This document shows, one piece after another, positions 19,271-28,414 of a DNA stretch of 64,000 nt. Position 1 is the stretch's first letter. Each line of letters starts with the position of its first letter. Below the pieces are notes generated by a model. It did not search any database. It saw only the letters and a program-made list of their open reading frames with translations, and was not told the DNA's origin. A program made the position numbers and the translations under genes. This DNA comes from a virus. Where the stretch lies: positions 39,491 to 103,490 of IMG/VR virus record IMGVR_UViG_3300045988_182851; one strand, 5' to 3'.

Positions 19271-20182
19271 TTATTGCTCCTTAATTTCTATATTGATATT
19301 TTCAAAACACTTAATTACAAAATAAATTAAACTCATTATGCAGACTATTAAAATGCATACCTGTAAATATATATTTGTTATAAAAAACGTAAATGGTATT
19401 AATGCCACACAGTTTATTAGAATATGATATAAGCTGCTAAGTTTAATACCATATTTATCTCTTACAGCACCTAACAAATATCCGCCAAAAGCATATATAG
19501 GGAATAAAATAAAATTAAAATGAATTATTCCAAATAAAACTGCTTGGATTATATTTGCACATAATTTATTGTTGCTTGCTTTATATGCATAGCCATAAAT
19601 TATATATCTAAAAGTCAATTCCTCAATAATAGGTGCCACAAAAGTTGCTATTATTGTAGATATAATTGTTTTTATTCCTAAACTTCCATAATCAATATCT
19701 GATACATTTACAAAATGCATTTGAATTCCTGAAATAAGCTGCAATATTACAGAAGTTAATATGAAACAAAATACAAAATTCCAATTTACTACTAATTTAT
19801 TTTTCATAAACAAATCTTTTTTATAATTGTAAAATGAGCTTTTTATACAAATAATGCACATAACAAACATTAATGTATATGTTGATATTGTGTAAATTAA
19901 TCGAAATCCTTCATAATCTATTTTAGTTGAAATTCCTCCTGCATCATTCATATACATATTTAATAGACTGTCTATAAATGTTGCAATAAACATTGAAAAT
20001 AAAATTATAAAAACAGAAATAATAAATGGAATAAAAATCTTTATATACTGTTTTGATTTTGAAAAGAAAGAATTACTTTTCATTTTGTTTTTTACCATAA
20101 AATCCATATAAGAATTTAAATCATGCTTATTTTTTTTATTTCTTAATTCCTTAATATTACTGTTATTGTTACTAAGTATCAT
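19271..20182 (-). CDS. CPBP-family (CAAX protease / Abi) intramembrane metalloprotease
   Basis: multiple TM helices; motif 1 PIIEELTFRY (EExxxR), motif FGIIHF (FxxxH). Confidence 0.65.
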   Translation of the reverse strand: MILSNNNSNIKELRNKKNKHDLNSYMDFMVKNKMKSNSFFSKSKQYIKIFIPFIISVFIILFSMFIATFIDSLLNMYMNDAGGISTKIDYEGFRLIYTISTYTLMFVMCIICIKSSFYNYKKDLFMKNKLVVNWNFVFCFILTSVILQLISGIQMHFVNVSDIDYGSLGIKTIISTIIATFVAPIIEELTFRYIIYGYAYKASNNKLCANIIQAVLFGIIHFNFILFPIYAFGGYLLGAVRDKYGIKLSSLYHILINCVALIPFTFFITNIYLQVCILIVCIMSLIYFVIKCFENINIEIKEQ

Positions 20183-20206
20183 ATATTTTCCTCCAACCTT
20201 TCTAAT

Positions 20207-20223
20207 ATATATATGACAGATAC
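20207..20223 (-). promoter_or_regulatory. conserved promoter-like motif (ATATATATGACAGATAC) with upstream TTATGTAAAG element
   Basis: drives the CPBP-ORF-sigma operon; sits after the terminator of the dnaE C-terminal gene. Confidence 0.5.
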
Positions 20224-20244
20224 AATTTTAAAAATCTTTACATA

Positions 20245-20274
20245 AAAAAATACCGCTGCAATAAACAGCGGTAA
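20245..20274 (-). terminator. rho-independent terminator (taccgctg/cagcggta hairpin plus T-run)
   Basis: 8 bp GC-containing stem, TTTTTTT on the minus strand; downstream of the dnaE-C stop at 20295. Confidence 0.55.
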
Positions 20275-20294
20275 AACATAAAATAAATATTAAA

Positions 20295-21980
20295 TTAGCA
20301 TTTGCGTACTATTGAAGGGGCTGACATATCAGGGTTAATGAATTTCTTACATAAATGTTCAATTCCAGTTGTTGAATCAAGCCAATATAAATAATCTCCA
20401 TCAACGTCCACCAGATATTCATTAATAGAATCAAGAACATCGTTTACTTCAGAAACAGTACATATAAATCTGTATGAAGACTTATTTTTCTTTAAAGGTT
20501 TAACAGACTTAACAATAATCTGATATACAGTTTCGTCATCTGAAGATCTAAAATCATCTACTTGAATTTTTCCTGATAAACATAATTTAGCATCATTAAC
20601 AAGTAAGTCTCTAATATTCGCATAATCCTTAGAAAAACATACACCATTAATAGAACCTGTTTTATCTTCTACCTCAAAAGTTACCCATTCATATCCATTT
20701 CTATCCTTTCTTACAACAAGATTTTTAATTATACCAGATACATCGTTAACTTCTGTTGAAATATCAGAAATGGGATCTGTATAAATATTATACTCATCAA
20801 TTGGATGCCCTGTAATATAAACGCCTAACACTTCTTTTTCATCATTTAGAATCTGACCTAAATCATCTTCTACATAATCAATATCTATATTTTCAAGATC
20901 ATCTTCTAAGCTTTCTATAACTGTCTTAGCTGAATTGATACGTTTAATTATGGAATCTTTAGTTGGTATCTTTTTTGAAGTAACTTGAAAGGAAATATTT
21001 TCTTCTGAAATTCTTTCCTTAAACTCATCAAGATCAATATAATCTTCCACAAATTCAATAACTTTACTTGCGTTTTCAATAAACTTACTCTTCTCTCTGA
21101 TTTTCTTAATTGTATCCTGAATTTCTTTCATACAAATCATATCTAATGATATCATTGTTCTTGTATAACCAAGGCAATCGAAAGCACCTGCTTTAATTAA
21201 GGAACTTAATGCTTCTGCATTAATATTTGTTCGTTTGATAAAATCCTTAATATCAGAATATTCTCCATTAACATTTCTATCTTCAATAATTTTAGCTGCT
21301 TCTGCTCCAACATTCTTAATATTACTCAGACCATACAAAATGTTCCCATCTACAACATCACAATGTAAATTTGAAGCATTAATGTCCGGAGGCAATACCT
21401 TTACTCCAAAATCAAGGGCATCACTAATATCATCAGCGACTTCATCAATCTTATCAGTATAATTTATTACATTTGTAAGATAATAAGCCGGATAATAATA
21501 CTTAAGAAAAGCTGTCCAATATGATGTAACAGCATAAGCAGTAGCATGTGACTTATTAAACGCATACTTAGCAAAGTCAACCATCGCATCCCAGATTTTA
21601 TGAGCAATTTCTTCTGGTATTCCATTTGCAATACATCCTGGTACTAATGCTTCATTTTCTTTTTTAGTATCAGCATTGCCATATACAAAAGTGTGTCTTT
21701 CAGCATCAATTTCATCCTGATGTTTTTTTGACATAGCTCTACGGACTAAATCAGAACGCCCCCATGTATATCCTGCTAAATCACGAACAATCTGCATTAC
21801 CTGTTCCTGATAAACTATCTGTCCATAAGTAGTTGACAAAATTGGCTCTAATTGAGGACATAAATATTTAATCTTAGATGCATCCTTTTTACCTTCTATG
21901 AAATCAGGTATAAACTTTTCAGGACCAGGACGATATAAAGCATTCATTGCTATTAAATCTTCAATACCTGTTTTATTCAT
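20295..21980 (-). CDS. dnaE: DNA polymerase III alpha subunit, C-terminal part (fingers C-terminal half, HhH, OB fold), separately translated
   Basis: DLIAMNALYRPGP, YGQIVYQEQVMQI, FAKYAFNKSHATAYA, VLPPDINAS, HhH NIKNVGAEAAKII, OB GVYITGHP; own RBS AAAGGAGAAATTTAAAATG and own promoter motif at 22017. Confidence 0.85.
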   Translation of the reverse strand: MNKTGIEDLIAMNALYRPGPEKFIPDFIEGKKDASKIKYLCPQLEPILSTTYGQIVYQEQVMQIVRDLAGYTWGRSDLVRRAMSKKHQDEIDAERHTFVYGNADTKKENEALVPGCIANGIPEEIAHKIWDAMVDFAKYAFNKSHATAYAVTSYWTAFLKYYYPAYYLTNVINYTDKIDEVADDISDALDFGVKVLPPDINASNLHCDVVDGNILYGLSNIKNVGAEAAKIIEDRNVNGEYSDIKDFIKRTNINAEALSSLIKAGAFDCLGYTRTMISLDMICMKEIQDTIKKIREKSKFIENASKVIEFVEDYIDLDEFKERISEENISFQVTSKKIPTKDSIIKRINSAKTVIESLEDDLENIDIDYVEDDLGQILNDEKEVLGVYITGHPIDEYNIYTDPISDISTEVNDVSGIIKNLVVRKDRNGYEWVTFEVEDKTGSINGVCFSKDYANIRDLLVNDAKLCLSGKIQVDDFRSSDDETVYQIIVKSVKPLKKNKSSYRFICTVSEVNDVLDSINEYLVDVDGDYLYWLDSTTGIEHLCKKFINPDMSAPSIVRKC

Positions 21981-22066
21981 TTTAAATTTCTCCTTTCAAT
22001 TCATAACTATATAATTTATGACAGAAAATTAAAAAAAGCGTCCAATTTTGGACGCTTGCATGAATA

Positions 22067-22372
22067 TTAAAAAGAATACTTGTTACATATATTTTCTTTT
22101 ATATAAGTGATCAAATTTTTAGCATAATCTATTCTGTCTTTTAATTTATCAATATCATTAATATCATATGAAACATTACCAGTAATACTAATATAAAAAT
22201 CATCTTTTATGGTTTTAATTTCAATATCATAATATGGAATCTTTGGAGTAAAAAAGAATCTTATGACTTTACCTGTTCTTAAATCTCTTCTTAATAGAAT
22301 TCTATATGTTTTATTATCGTATTCATCTATTATCCATGGACCGGATTCATATGTTCTAATAAAAGTTACCAT
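22067..22372 (-). CDS. hypothetical protein (101 aa)
   Basis: minus-strand ORF. Confidence 0.45.
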   Translation of the reverse strand: MVTFIRTYESGPWIIDEYDNKTYRILLRRDLRTGKVIRFFFTPKIPYYDIEIKTIKDDFYISITGNVSYDINDIDKLKDRIDYAKNLITYIKENICNKYSF

Positions 22373-22953
22373 TATCTTACTTCTTCCTCTCTGTTATCTT
22401 TATTAATTTCAGTATGAATTACATCTGGCATAATTTTATCTTCATCATCTTCTCCGCCTAAATCTAAATCAATATCTGATAGTTCATTTGTGTCAATATT
22501 GTTTGTTATATTACTAATATTAACACTTTTACAATTTTGAGTCATTGCCTTTATAACATCATCTATAGTTTTAGCATCTCTACCGATTCCGTCAAGATAA
22601 AAAGCAGCCGTTACCTGGGCGCAAAAATCTGCGATTATATGTCTATCAGTTGTTTCAGGGCAAAACTTAGGAACATTATAATATTCACAATCTCTATTGA
22701 TTTGGGAACACGCAGCTATTGCAGCTTCATGTTTAATTCTCCGATTTTTATCCATAGACTGAATAGCTTCTCGTAATTCTTCTCCCTCAAGTGTAGCATA
22801 TTTAATTGGAGTTGAATAGTTTTGATGATAAACAATCTGTACATATTCTCCAAATGCGGCCATATTGTAATTTAACATATCTAAATCATTCTCTCTATAT
22901 TCATTATCTGGCGAATTTATTGCATTTACTAATTCCTTAAATTCTTTAATCAT
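22372..22953 (-). CDS. hypothetical protein (193 aa), acidic C-terminus
   Basis: minus-strand ORF; stop overlaps the next start. Confidence 0.45.
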   Translation of the reverse strand: MIKEFKELVNAINSPDNEYRENDLDMLNYNMAAFGEYVQIVYHQNYSTPIKYATLEGEELREAIQSMDKNRRIKHEAAIAACSQINRDCEYYNVPKFCPETTDRHIIADFCAQVTAAFYLDGIGRDAKTIDDVIKAMTQNCKSVNISNITNNIDTNELSDIDLDLGGEDDEDKIMPDVIHTEINKDNREEEVR

Positions 22954-23052
22954 ATTTTTTACTCTCCTTCCATTTATTGTTATAATAAATAAATGACAGA
23001 AAAATAAAATAACAAGTACCCATTAATAGGTACTTGTTATTAAGCATTTGTT

Positions 23053-23499
23053 TTAATTTGAATTACTCTTATCATGTACAAAATATAATTTTTGTATTAA
23101 TTCAGATTTTCTTTTTTCATACTGAAATAAATCATTACATTCACATGATAAAAAACTTGCAGCAGAATCAATCTGTTTTACAATTTCCTTTACTATACAA
23201 TCGATGATTTCCTTTGGTGATTCCAATAGTTTAATTAAGCCTAAATGCTCCCCTTCATGAATTATGAAAGCTGTATCTGGTGTCAAAACTAGCGTTGCTG
23301 TAGAGCCTTCAGAATCAAAATAACAGGATGCCGTATTATTGTTATAATAATTAATGCACATATCTAATAAGTCATTTGAGACATCGGTTAAATATGAAGC
23401 GTTTACTCTACAATTTGTCTTTTCGAATTTAATATTACACCAACCATTTGTTAAAATTTCAATTATCATGATTTTCTCCTTAAATATAATTATAGGCAA
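23053..23499 (-). CDS. hypothetical protein (148 aa)
   Basis: minus-strand ORF. Confidence 0.45.
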   Translation of the reverse strand: MPIIIFKEKIMIIEILTNGWCNIKFEKTNCRVNASYLTDVSNDLLDMCINYYNNNTASCYFDSEGSTATLVLTPDTAFIIHEGEHLGLIKLLESPKEIIDCIVKEIVKQIDSAASFLSCECNDLFQYEKRKSELIQKLYFVHDKSNSN

Positions 23500-24371
23500 A
23501 CAATGTTGCCATTTTTAAGTATACTTATAATACTGTTAAGTTCATACAAACCTAATATCTGCTCACTAATTTCATTTAACATATTATCTGATACATTAGC
23601 GTTATAAGCACCAAGTTCTACATCTGTTTTTATTGTTACTAAAATTTTGGACAACAAAATATTGTCTTCACTATTTATTAAACAATTTGAAATACTTTTC
23701 CCTTTAGACATATTAGATTCAATATCTGAAATATTCATATATATGTTAAACAAATTTCCATACTTATGTATTAGTTTACTTGCAGTTTTAGGACCAATAC
23801 CTGCAGCTCCAGGAATATTATCCGATTTATCTCCCATTAATGCTTTTACATCAATAAACTGTTTAGGAGTAACGAAATACTCATTCATAATTTCTACCGG
23901 AGTCCAAATATCTTCCGGGTTGTTTGGAACAACTAATGATACTAAACCATTACATAATTGTAACAAATCATGATCTGCAGATATAATATTAACCTTATTT
24001 CCTGCTTCACTTTCAATAGTTGAAATTGTCCCTATAATATCATCTGCCTCATATCCTTCTTTTTCAATAACACATATATTCATTGTTTTAAGAATAGGAA
24101 CAATAGCCTGTCTCTGAATCTTAAATTCTTCCGGTGCAGGTTCTCTGATTGCCTTATATTCATTGTACATTAAATGCCTGAAAGTTGGCTTTGCAGTATC
24201 AAACGCAACAATTAATTCATCAGGACTATACTTTTCTTTCATATATAGAATTGTATTTAAAGCTCCTTTAATTGCATTAGTCGGAAATCCCTTTGAGGTT
24301 TTTAATTCTGGAACACCGTAAAAAGATCTTCTGAGAATATAATTCCCATCAAAAATCATAATATTTTTCAT
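23490..24371 (-). CDS. 5'-3' exonuclease / flap endonuclease (Pol I N-terminal-like); start moved to MKNIMIF
   Basis: IMIFDGNYILRRSFYG, FPTNAIKGALNTIL, EADDIIGT, ISADHDLLQL, HhH LMGDKSDNIPGAAGIGPKTASKLIHKYG; RBS AAAGGAGAAAAATTA before the ATG at 24371. Confidence 0.85.
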   Translation of the reverse strand: MKNIMIFDGNYILRRSFYGVPELKTSKGFPTNAIKGALNTILYMKEKYSPDELIVAFDTAKPTFRHLMYNEYKAIREPAPEEFKIQRQAIVPILKTMNICVIEKEGYEADDIIGTISTIESEAGNKVNIISADHDLLQLCNGLVSLVVPNNPEDIWTPVEIMNEYFVTPKQFIDVKALMGDKSDNIPGAAGIGPKTASKLIHKYGNLFNIYMNISDIESNMSKGKSISNCLINSEDNILLSKILVTIKTDVELGAYNANVSDNMLNEISEQILGLYELNSIISILKNGNIVCL

Positions 24372-24403
24372 TAATTTTTCTCCTTTATAATTTTTAATAT
24401 ATT

Positions 24404-24418
24404 TATGACAGAAAAAAA
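24404..24418 (-). promoter_or_regulatory. conserved promoter-like motif (TATGACAGAAAAAAA)
   Basis: about 33 nt before the flap-endonuclease start. Confidence 0.5.
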
Positions 24419-24470
24419 GCAGGAAACATAAGTCTCCCGCTTTCAAAAAATTTTATTCAGTTATGAAAAA

Positions 24471-24737
24471 TTAAGATATTGAATTTCTTTCACTTAAGAA
24501 TTTTTCCACAGCATCTTCAACAGCTTCATATTCAGTAAGTCCATTACCTTCTGCATAAGTATCATATGCTGCTTCACCAATATCAATATAATCATTCTCA
24601 GTAATATCAGAATGATATTGAGGCTGAATAATCTCTTTAGCTGTATTAATCATCCATGTTGAAACAAATTCCTTATGAACAGCATAAATTTCGTCATATG
24701 TTAATTTTATTTCCTTACCATTTCTTATTATTGTCAT
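24471..24737 (-). CDS. hypothetical protein (88 aa)
   Basis: minus-strand ORF. Confidence 0.4.
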   Translation of the reverse strand: MTIIRNGKEIKLTYDEIYAVHKEFVSTWMINTAKEIIQPQYHSDITENDYIDIGEAAYDTYAEGNGLTEYEAVEDAVEKFLSERNSIS

Positions 24738-24750
24738 GTCTTATTCTCCT

Positions 24751-25020
24751 TTAGTTGTTATTATTTTCGTCAGAATTATCATATATGACGCTTTCAATTA
24801 TATTAATTGCTGTATTTGCATGAATAACTTCCTCGCCATCATCGTTAGAATATCCATCGTCATCATATGTACTTTCAGTCAGCCAACTTGCCTCAGAAAC
24901 TTCTTTAGAAGCTTCTGAAATCTCGCTTATTAAAGTATTTTTAATGATATTCAACATATTCTTTTCTGTTTCTGATTCTGAAGTTTTAATAAAGTCATTT
25001 ATAATATTTAAAGTTTTCAT
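24751..25020 (-). CDS. hypothetical protein (89 aa), paralog of the 4636..4968 ORF
   Basis: see the 4636..4968 entry. Confidence 0.5.
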   Translation of the reverse strand: MKTLNIINDFIKTSESETEKNMLNIIKNTLISEISEASKEVSEASWLTESTYDDDGYSNDDGEEVIHANTAINIIESVIYDNSDENNNN

Positions 25021-25035
25021 AAAATTCCTTTCTTT

Positions 25036-25494
25036 TTACAATGTACTTTTTATAACCTTAACAGGTTCTAATCTGCCGTTTATAAATGAAGCAGTTCCTA
25101 ATGTTTTATCAGTATTTTTAGAAGATTCAAAGAAATCATTTGCCATATCCTCATTTGAAAAATATGAATATTCTCCTGAATTGTCTCCGCAATCTGACTC
25201 ATATCCTATCCAAACATAATAAAATGAAAATCTTTCAAGGCTATCACTGTCGTCAGGGATTTCTCCGTTCCAATCATCATTTTCTTTTATATCTTCTTCT
25301 AATTCATATTTAAACTCGCTCATCATATTAGGATCGTCTAAATATACACATTTATGGTAATTATCAACTGCAATTGCGCATTTCTGTCCTAATGGATGCA
25401 GTAAATAATTCTTAGGCACTTCCAATAATGCTCCTATCATATCATTTACTGTTTCTAAGTTATTTTCCTTAATTTCAAATGCATTAGTTTTCAT
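25036..25494 (-). CDS. hypothetical protein (152 aa)
   Basis: minus-strand ORF. Confidence 0.45.
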   Translation of the reverse strand: MKTNAFEIKENNLETVNDMIGALLEVPKNYLLHPLGQKCAIAVDNYHKCVYLDDPNMMSEFKYELEEDIKENDDWNGEIPDDSDSLERFSFYYVWIGYESDCGDNSGEYSYFSNEDMANDFFESSKNTDKTLGTASFINGRLEPVKVIKSTL

Positions 25495-25578
25495 AATTTT
25501 ATTCTCCTTTTTAAATTTTATAATAATACAATGACAGAAAAATAAAAAAACTGGCTACTAATAGTAACCAGTTTAATT

Positions 25579-26568
25579 TTATAACTTTACAATTTTCTCA
25601 TTAACTTCCATTCTAAATGTATTGATTTTGTCTATATCCGGCTCATCTGGCAATACAGAGTTTTTACATGCATTTTCAAACTTATTCTTGTATTCATCTA
25701 CTATTTCAAAGAAATGTTTATTAGGGATTCCATTTTCATCAAGATATACACCATTTCTAATATCCATCAACAAATCATGTTCTTTAATTCTTTTCGTTTG
25801 AATTTTCCCTTCAGAAACTAAATCAATTCCCATCATATACAATCTAAGTAAATGCATACTATGTTTTGCTATTTTACCATGATTTAATGCATGTTCATTC
25901 CTTTTACTTGTTTTCCGGTAATCTCTTAAAGTGTTATTAAATTCTGAAAGCATTCCTGACAAATCTTCCATTGAACACTGTGTTGCAATAATATTGCATT
26001 TGATTTTGCCGTCAACCAAATAAAAAGACACATTATTTTCATCTAAATTGTACTTATCGTTCATTTTCTTGGACATATTATTAAGCACTCCAGAAATGTG
26101 TCTATTTAATTCTTCTTCCGTTAAAGCAGCGTTGGTCTTCTGCTGCATACGGTATAACTGTTGTAATGCATATTCACTAAATGTATTAATACATCTATTC
26201 GATAAAAAAATATCTTTATTTTTTAATAAAAGCTCCCCAATTTCATTTTTATAAATATAATCATCTGTATCTAATCCTAAAAGTTCAATAGTGTTTGGAT
26301 TGCATTTAGCTAATAAGTCAATAATTTTGTCAAAACTATAAATAGTTGTATCTGTATTAACGTCTACAAAATTTTCAAAATCATTACCTAACAAGATATC
26401 TTCTTTTTTCCTAACAGCAACTCCTCTTATATCAATATCGCTTTCTGGAAGATTTGTCCCATATGCTCTGCTACCACCTAATCCAAGTATACAAATATTC
26501 TTATCTAAATTTTGATTTTCCTTTAAAAATGAATACTCAGGCATATTTAATATATTTTTATTTATCAT
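25579..26568 (-). CDS. Pol-beta superfamily nucleotidyltransferase (329 aa) with an alpha-helical C-terminal domain
   Basis: ILGLGGSRAYGTNLPESDIDIRGV matches the GS-x(9-13)-DhDh signature; further acidic residues VDVNTD about 30 aa downstream. Confidence 0.55.
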   Translation of the reverse strand: MINKNILNMPEYSFLKENQNLDKNICILGLGGSRAYGTNLPESDIDIRGVAVRKKEDILLGNDFENFVDVNTDTTIYSFDKIIDLLAKCNPNTIELLGLDTDDYIYKNEIGELLLKNKDIFLSNRCINTFSEYALQQLYRMQQKTNAALTEEELNRHISGVLNNMSKKMNDKYNLDENNVSFYLVDGKIKCNIIATQCSMEDLSGMLSEFNNTLRDYRKTSKRNEHALNHGKIAKHSMHLLRLYMMGIDLVSEGKIQTKRIKEHDLLMDIRNGVYLDENGIPNKHFFEIVDEYKNKFENACKNSVLPDEPDIDKINTFRMEVNEKIVKL

Positions 26569-26592
26569 ATTCTCTTTCCTATCCTTGTAATT

Positions 26593-26648
26593 GAACTACC
26601 CACAACCGGCTATTGTCGGTTGTGGTTTTTTTGCTTAATTGCGATAAT
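26593..26648 (-). repeat. R1 structured repeat, copy 2 (divergent, 9 bp stem ccacaaccg/cggttgtgg)
   Basis: between the 26658 stop and the 26568 start. Confidence 0.55.
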
Positions 26649-26657
26649 ATCATTCTT

Positions 26658-27290
26658 TTATTTTCTAACAATAGCAGAAAAATCTACTGACTGTAAAATC
26701 TTAATGATATCTTCTACTTCAGGACTTCTCCATGCAGTCATAGCATAGGTATGAGCGTACTCATCGTAATGATAATGATTTGCCTTTAGATGTTCAGCGG
26801 CTGCCTTTTCTGTTAAAAACATTGTGTTTTCATAAATTTTATCTCTATATGCATAACAGGTGAAAGTATATCTGCCATAATTATGCTCATTCAACCAAGT
26901 CTTTAAATCATCAAGATCAGCTAAACATTCCTCATAATCATTATCTTCTTTTGATGTAACATAATATCCATCATATTCTTTTGAAATAACCCAAGAGTCA
27001 CCGTTTTCTTCAAATTCCTTATTAAAAAATACAATTGCATCATCAATATTATCAGCAACTTCTTCGACTGCCTCATTATCTATTAATGTTACACCGTCTT
27101 CATATCCTTCTGGAACAATACACTTTTCTTTCCCCATAATAACCCAAAATCGAGGATCAGCTTGTCCTACATGGTCCTGTGTATTTAATTCATGCTGCAA
27201 ATCAGACAAAAATTTGATTTCTTTATCTGTAATTTTATGTTTCTCTACTGTGTCTGGATGGTATTGTAAATGTTCATGAAATATTGCCAT
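26658..27290 (-). CDS. hypothetical protein (210 aa)
   Basis: minus-strand ORF. Confidence 0.45.
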   Translation of the reverse strand: MAIFHEHLQYHPDTVEKHKITDKEIKFLSDLQHELNTQDHVGQADPRFWVIMGKEKCIVPEGYEDGVTLIDNEAVEEVADNIDDAIVFFNKEFEENGDSWVISKEYDGYYVTSKEDNDYEECLADLDDLKTWLNEHNYGRYTFTCYAYRDKIYENTMFLTEKAAAEHLKANHYHYDEYAHTYAMTAWRSPEVEDIIKILQSVDFSAIVRK

Positions 27291-27317
27291 ATTTTTCTCC
27301 TTAAACTTTATTTATTT

Positions 27318-27554
27318 TTATTCAGTATAGTATTGGAATGCACAATCATACATTTGTTTCCCAGTTATCTGATCTGTGAATATAGGGCAATGCCAATCCT
27401 TATTAAATCCTGTTTCCTTACACCATTCATTAATAACTCTAGTAGTAATTGGTGTGACAAATACATATAAATCTGATTCATGGTGAAACATATCTTTTTC
27501 AGAATATCCAACCTCAATGAATCGTTGCATAAGAGTTTTATTATTTTTCTCCAT
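27318..27554 (-). CDS. hypothetical protein (78 aa)
   Basis: minus-strand ORF with AAAGGAGAACAATATTATG start context. Confidence 0.45.
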   Translation of the reverse strand: MEKNNKTLMQRFIEVGYSEKDMFHHESDLYVFVTPITTRVINEWCKETGFNKDWHCPIFTDQITGKQMYDCAFQYYTE

Positions 27555-27589
27555 AATATTGTTCTCCTTTATTTATTATAATTTAAAAG

Positions 27590-27606
27590 AAATATGACAG
27601 AAAAAA
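27590..27606 (-). promoter_or_regulatory. conserved promoter-like motif (AAATATGACAGAAAAAA)
   Basis: immediately after the terminator of the dnaE N-terminal gene. Confidence 0.5.
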
Positions 27607-27630
27607 CGCACATCATAATGACATGCGTTT
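27599..27630 (-). terminator. terminator hairpin (aacgca..tgcgtt) plus T6 after dnaE exon 2
   Basis: minus strand reads AAAACGCATGTCATTATGATGTGCGTTTTTTCTGTCATAT; follows tandem TAG TGA stops. Confidence 0.45.
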
Positions 27631-27658
27631 TAATACAAAATATTCAATTAACTATTCA

Positions 27659-28414
27659 CTATGAGCATAACTTCTTAAGGTTATTCCTCATACCGGCTGA
27701 CTCAAACTGGAAAACATTCTTAGTTCTTCCTTTTGCATATACTTCTTTGTATACCTTATCAGCTTTAGGACCCTCTAATGGAATATTCATTACATCAATT
27801 ACTTCTCCTGTATCTCTCTGAATCATTCTGAGTGTGTCAGTAATAATTGTAAGAGTTTTTAATCCAAGAAAATCCATTTTTAATAATCCATTAGCTTCGC
27901 ACTGAATCATATCCATTTCTGTAGTTTTAATTCCCTTTTTTCCATCTCTAATAGGAATATAATCAGTAACATCATTACTATCATAAATAATAACACCTGC
28001 GGCATGTTGTGCGTATGTCGTAAGCATACCTTCACAATGAGCTGCAATATTAAGAATAGAAATAGCATCTGGATTACTATTATATTCATCCTTTAAGAAA
28101 TCTAACAAAGAAATGCTGTCCTGAATATTAATGCCTAATTCATCAACCTTATTAGTATCTTTCATGCCAACAATATCTTCAAAATTAGTTGCTTTAGCAG
28201 GCACTTTCTTACGAATCTGATCTCCTAAAGATAAGAATTTCTTTTCATCATCATAAGCTTTCTTTCCATAATATCTTGCAGCATCTCTGATAGCACCTTT
28301 AGCCTGCTGTCTTGATTCTGTAATAATTCCAACAACAGCTTCACTACCATATTTAGCTCTTACATACTCAATTGTCTTTTCTCTTACTCCAAGAGCAAGA
28401 TCGCTATCGATATC
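27659..28414 (-). CDS. dnaE: DNA polymerase III alpha, exon 2 of the N-terminal gene (palm C-terminal part and fingers N-terminal part)
   Basis: begins DIDSDLALGVREKTIEYVRAKYG (compare DIDIDF..R.EVI.YV..KYG), ends FQFESAGMRNNLKKL then CS and TAG TGA; the ORF-track start at 28417 is a TTG inside the intron. Confidence 0.8.
   Translation of the reverse strand, partial: DIDSDLALGVREKTIEYVRAKYGSEAVVGIITESRQQAKGAIRDAARYYGKKAYDDEKKFLSLGDQIRKKVPAKATNFEDIVGMKDTNKVDELGINIQDSISLLDFLKDEYNSNPDAISILNIAAHCEGMLTTYAQHAAGVIIYDSNDVTDYIPIRDGKKGIKTTEMDMIQCEANGLLKMDFLGLKTLTIITDTLRMIQRDTGEVIDVMNIPLEGPKADKVYKEVYAKGRTKNVFQFESAGMRNNLKKLCS

Noticed and set aside
27656-27661. Stop-codon reassignment (TAG or TGA recoding) causing apparent gene breaks
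   Set aside because: ORFs tile the strand cleanly under the standard code, using TAA, TAG and TGA as stops. The dnaE exon 2 ends with tandem TAG TGA followed by a terminator hairpin.
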